This document shows positions 60,359 through 64,000 of a stretch of DNA of 64,000 bases, one piece after another (position 1 is the stretch's first letter; each line of letters opens with the position of its first letter). The DNA is taken from positions 2,149 through 66,148 of the forward strand of contig CALEFT010000008.1 of assembly GCA_937876985.1 (NCBI GenBank), in the 5' to 3' direction. The notes below the pieces were generated by a model. That model had not been told where the DNA came from, searched no databases, and was given only the letters and a program-made list of their open reading frames with translations. The DNA comes from an uncultured Clostridia bacterium. GTDB taxonomy: Bacteria; Bacillota; Clostridia; Saccharofermentanales; Saccharofermentanaceae. The position numbers were made by a program, and so were the translations under genes.

Positions 60359-61717
60359 TTATTGCTTTCTAATTCCTTCATCCTTGTCACCGTCGCGGCT
60401 AATATATGTCATTACTGGCAAACTTGTTGTCGTGTCAAAGCGTGCATAATAACGCATTTTAGAATGTGGTGTGCTGTCGATTGGATTCATTTCCTCGTCG
60501 TACATCTCAAGGATTTTGAACGGCTCTGTGTAGCCTGTTGGCATCAAGGCATTTACTATGTCACCACAGAACACCTTGTTCTTCTGGTAAAGCTGGTAAA
60601 GGCCCTTTTCGCTATCGAAGCCTTCTACGAGAGCTACTACGAATGCTGGCTTATTGTAGGACTTGTCTGTTACGATTTGGGCGTTAGAGCCTGGTGCGTC
60701 GTAGAAGAAGCCAGTTGCGTAGTCTCTGTGGACTACCTTGTCTAGAATTGTGAGCCACTCGTCCTTAACCTTGTATGCTGAAGCAGCCTTCGCCATGTCG
60801 CCGTCAAATTCGTCGACAAGAGAATAGAAGTAGTCGACTGCTTCGCGGTATGCTTTGGTTGCAGCTGCAGCATAATATGCACCCTTGATTCGACCTTCAA
60901 TCTTGAAGCTGTCAACGCCAGCAGCGATTAGGTCTGGTACATGCTCAATCATGCAAATATCCTTGGAATTGAAGATATATGTGCCACGCTCGTCCTCTTC
61001 GATTGGGAGCTTGTCTTCGAGGCGCTTTTCTTCAACTGCGAAGTTTGTCGCGCTAAGGCCTTCTTGACCGTCGTCAACATAATAGCCCCATCTGCAAGGC
61101 TGGGCACACGCGCCCTTATTCGAGCTTCTGCCTGTGTAGTAATTAGACAGCAAGCATCGGCCGGAATATGAGACACACATTGCGCCATGGATGAAGCATT
61201 CGATTGTCATGTCTGCTGGGATTTTGGCACGAATTGCAGCGATTTGCTCGAGAGAGCATTCGCGTGCAAGTACCACACGGCGAGCGCCTTGCTCGTACCA
61301 GAAAAGGCATCCTTCTGCGTTTGTCACGGATGCTTGTGTAGAGATGTGTATCTCTAGGTCTGGTGCGACGTTGCGAACGCGGCGGAAAATACCAGCGTCC
61401 GACACGATGACAGCATCTGCGTTCGCCGAAGCGACAAAACGAATCTCGTCATCAACGAGAGCCATGTCTGCTTCGTGCGCCATGATATTCATTGTCACAT
61501 ATGCCTTTACGCCGTGTGCGTGTGCATATTCTATGCCTTCTAACATCTCTTCACGAGTGAAGTTTCCACTGAAGGTACGTAGTCCAAAGGTCTTTCCAGA
61601 CATGTATACTGCATCAGCACCGTATGCTACGCTTGTCTTGAGCTTTTCGAGGTCGCCTGCTGGTGCAAGAACCTCTGGCATTCCTGGTCTTCTAGTGCTT
61701 TGAATTGTAGCTGTCAT
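60359..61717 (-). CDS. Peptidase U32 family protein (TrhP-like RNA hydroxylation family)
   Basis: EVLAPAG, GADAVY, HISTQ, HGAMCVSYSGRC, CAQPCR, KIEGR. Confidence 0.92.
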   Translation of the reverse strand: MTATIQSTRRPGMPEVLAPAGDLEKLKTSVAYGADAVYMSGKTFGLRTFSGNFTREEMLEGIEYAHAHGVKAYVTMNIMAHEADMALVDDEIRFVASANADAVIVSDAGIFRRVRNVAPDLEIHISTQASVTNAEGCLFWYEQGARRVVLARECSLEQIAAIRAKIPADMTIECFIHGAMCVSYSGRCLLSNYYTGRSSNKGACAQPCRWGYYVDDGQEGLSATNFAVEEKRLEDKLPIEEDERGTYIFNSKDICMIEHVPDLIAAGVDSFKIEGRIKGAYYAAAATKAYREAVDYFYSLVDEFDGDMAKAASAYKVKDEWLTILDKVVHRDYATGFFYDAPGSNAQIVTDKSYNKPAFVVALVEGFDSEKGLYQLYQKNKVFCGDIVNALMPTGYTEPFKILEMYDEEMNPIDSTPHSKMRYYARFDTTTSLPVMTYISRDGDKDEGIRKQ

Positions 61718-62896
61718 TTAGCCTTCCTCCCAACTTTGCTGATACTGCGCGACATTTGCCATATGCTCGTCGTATGTCATTGCATACGCCGTTCCGCCGT
61801 CGCCAGTAGCGCAGAAGTACAAATAGTTGCTGTTTGGTTCTGGATAAAGCGCTGCCTGAATCGCATCTAGTCCCGGCATGCAGATTGGCCCTGGTGGCAA
61901 GTCTGGATATAGGAACGTGTTATATGGACTATCAATAGCAAGGTCGTCTGCACTCAAAACCAAGGACGGCTCAAGCCCACGAAGCTCGCGAAGATAATTA
62001 ATAGTCGCATCCGAACCAAAATAGTGCAAACTCTCATCCGAGGACGCAAGTCTATTGTGGAATACAGAAGACACAAGCATCATATCCGCAGCATTGTTCG
62101 TCTCCATCTGAATTAGAGACGCAAGCGTGATAACCTCATCCATCGTCATTCCAAGCGCCATAGTGCGCACATAGTATTCCTCATAAAGCTTCGCATCAGT
62201 ATTGCGTAAGAAGGTACGAATAATTTCTTCTGGAGTCGCATTGATGTCGAACTCGTATGTATCTGGGAACAAATAGCCAGCAAGTACGTAGTCACGGCTG
62301 TCATTCATATTAATCTGCGCAACAAAATCAAAATCGACAAACAAATTCGGGCTGTTCATGCAGCGGTCAAATTCCTCATCATCGAAGATGAGACCTGCTT
62401 CATGAAGCGACGCCTTAACCTCGTTATAAGTAAGTCCCTCCGGGAAAGTAACAACAACCGACTCTGGCTCAAGTGTGAGCAAATACATAATCTCATCGTA
62501 AGAAAGTCCTGGCACAAGGTAGTGCGTACCAGCAAGATATGCGCCATCAAAGCCATTGAGCTTACTCATCAAGCTGAAAACAAAAGTATTATCAACAAGC
62601 CCGGCCTCGCTAAGTCTCTCCGCAATATCCGAAGTCGAATCACCAGTATTTACTACAAGCGATACACAACCTGGCGTATTCGCGTCGATATCAAACTCGC
62701 CCGAATCAATCGCATTCTGCAAATTCGTAAAACGCATCTCCTGAGAAAGGACATAATTATACCCAAGGAACACGCCAACAACCGCGAATCCCATCGCAAG
62801 CACAATCACAATCAAGCAAATTAGAGCCCTCTTAATCTTATCGGACAACATCTCGCGTCTTTTTCTCCTCTCTCGAAAAGCTTTTCGTTCAAACAA
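61718..62896 (-). CDS. mltG: Endolytic transglycosylase MltG (YceG)
   Basis: TM anchor, FPEG, GYLFPDTY, LASLIQME, SPYNT, LPPGPIC.PG. Confidence 0.93.
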   Translation of the reverse strand: MFERKAFRERRKRREMLSDKIKRALICLIVIVLAMGFAVVGVFLGYNYVLSQEMRFTNLQNAIDSGEFDIDANTPGCVSLVVNTGDSTSDIAERLSEAGLVDNTFVFSLMSKLNGFDGAYLAGTHYLVPGLSYDEIMYLLTLEPESVVVTFPEGLTYNEVKASLHEAGLIFDDEEFDRCMNSPNLFVDFDFVAQINMNDSRDYVLAGYLFPDTYEFDINATPEEIIRTFLRNTDAKLYEEYYVRTMALGMTMDEVITLASLIQMETNNAADMMLVSSVFHNRLASSDESLHYFGSDATINYLRELRGLEPSLVLSADDLAIDSPYNTFLYPDLPPGPICMPGLDAIQAALYPEPNSNYLYFCATGDGGTAYAMTYDEHMANVAQYQQSWEEG

Positions 62897-62948
62897 TTAT
62901 ATCTCATTTTGCAAGTATCTGCACATTTTCGAGAAAATGCCACAAAAA

Positions 62949-62997
62949 GACCGAGCTAGAAAGTATTAACCTTCGTAGCTCGGCCAGATAGTTTTTT
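62949..62997 (-). terminator. Probable terminator after putP
   Basis: CCGAGCTA...TAGCTCGG stem with a T-run on the minus strand. Confidence 0.55.
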
Positions 62998-63011
62998 TAA
63001 TTTAACTCCTA

Positions 63012-64000
63012 TCAGCAGTCGATAGTAAGAGCCTTCTCGTAGATTTCTTCTACTTCCTTGCTTGGAGCAGGAGTAATGAGAGTAACAACAATTGCTGCAA
63101 TTACGCTTGCAATAAAGCCAGGAACAATCTCATATACACCAGTGTTTGTAACTAGCGCCTCCATGATTGTTGATGTAAAGCAAAGTAGCCATGCGATATC
63201 AACGATAGCACCAGCCAAGATACCAGCAACAGCACCCTGATAATTAAAGCGCTTCCAGAAGAGCGAGAGAATAACAACTGGACCAAAGGAAGATCCAAAT
63301 AAGCCCCATGCGCTCTCTACCATGTTCATGATATTTGCTGCCCAAGAAGTAGGATCACCAAGACCAGCAAATGCAATAATGAAAGCAAGAATTGCAACGA
63401 TAAGTACTACAATTCTACCTACCCATAGGATTTCCTTATCAGATGCTTCCTTACGAAGTGGACGATAGATATCACTTGTAATTGCAGAAGAAGCAACTAG
63501 AAGCTGTGAATCAGCTGTAGACATTGATGCAGCGATAATAGCTGACAAAAGAATACCAGCAACAAATCCTGGGAAAATATCTACTACAATTCTAATAAAT
63601 ACATTCTTTTGTCCATTTGGGAGCAATACATCGGCAAGACCAACACCATTGCTAAGCACATATGTACGTCCAAACCATGCAATCAAGATTGCTGCAGTAA
63701 GTGTGAGCACTACCCAAATAATTGCAACGAGAGCAGATTTCTTAATCTCAGATGCCTTACGAATAGACATAAAACGAACGATAATGTGTGGCATTCCAAA
63801 ATAACCTAGTCCCCAGCCAAGTCCGGATACCACATCCTGCCAAGAAGCATCAAAAGGATTCTGTCCAAATGCAGAAACGCCTTCCTTAAATGCTGTCGCA
63901 TATTCTGGATTGAATGTACCAGTAGTCTTCATAACAATTGGCACTGCAAGAAGCGCAACAAGCATCAGTAATCCCTGGAAGAAATCAGTCCAACATACAG
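63012..64000 (-). CDS. putP: Sodium/proline symporter (5' end outside the window)
   Basis: WTDFFQG, WGLGYFGMPHI..RFM, AASMSTADSQLL, YEIVPGF. Confidence 0.92.
   Translation of the reverse strand, partial: VCWTDFFQGLLMLVALLAVPIVMKTTGTFNPEYATAFKEGVSAFGQNPFDASWQDVVSGLGWGLGYFGMPHIIVRFMSIRKASEIKKSALVAIIWVVLTLTAAILIAWFGRTYVLSNGVGLADVLLPNGQKNVFIRIVVDIFPGFVAGILLSAIIAASMSTADSQLLVASSAITSDIYRPLRKEASDKEILWVGRIVVLIVAILAFIIAFAGLGDPTSWAANIMNMVESAWGLFGSSFGPVVILSLFWKRFNYQGAVAGILAGAIVDIAWLLCFTSTIMEALVTNTGVYEIVPGFIASVIAAIVVTLITPAPSKEVEEIYEKALTIDC

Overview
Chromosomal window from an anaerobic gut/rumen-type Clostridia (Firmicutes) genome; the taxon is inferred from gene content only. Most genes are on the minus strand. 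Host backbone genes include feoA/feoB, a bile-salt-hydrolase-family enzyme, lysS, greA, guaB, a CCA-type nucleotidyltransferase, thiT with a TPP riboswitch, sbcCD, nagB, rlmD, folD, a U32 protein, mltG and putP. There are two accessory islands. (1) An 11.5-kb defence island downstream of tRNA-Ser(CGA), bounded by an exact 27-bp direct repeat resembling a difSL-type site. It carries Fic, a Zn-ribbon/RxxxxH protein, a type III R-M system whose Mod has an unusual N-terminal extension with a hydrophobic helix, a Hachiman-like pair and a tnpV relic. A COG1373 ATPase lies just outside its right end. (2) An R-M island at the 3' end of rlmD with a GANTC-type MTase, a controller protein, two nucleases and a serine-recombinase relic. 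The most unusual non-coding signals are a cas-less array of six 36-bp palindromes at a 74/85-bp period (59840-60256), the same 74-bp geometry upstream of a COG1373 ATPase, and the 9-mer TCGAAAAGC, seen at least 18 times on both strands in host DNA and not seen in the islands. All calls were made by eye from motifs; no database searches were run.
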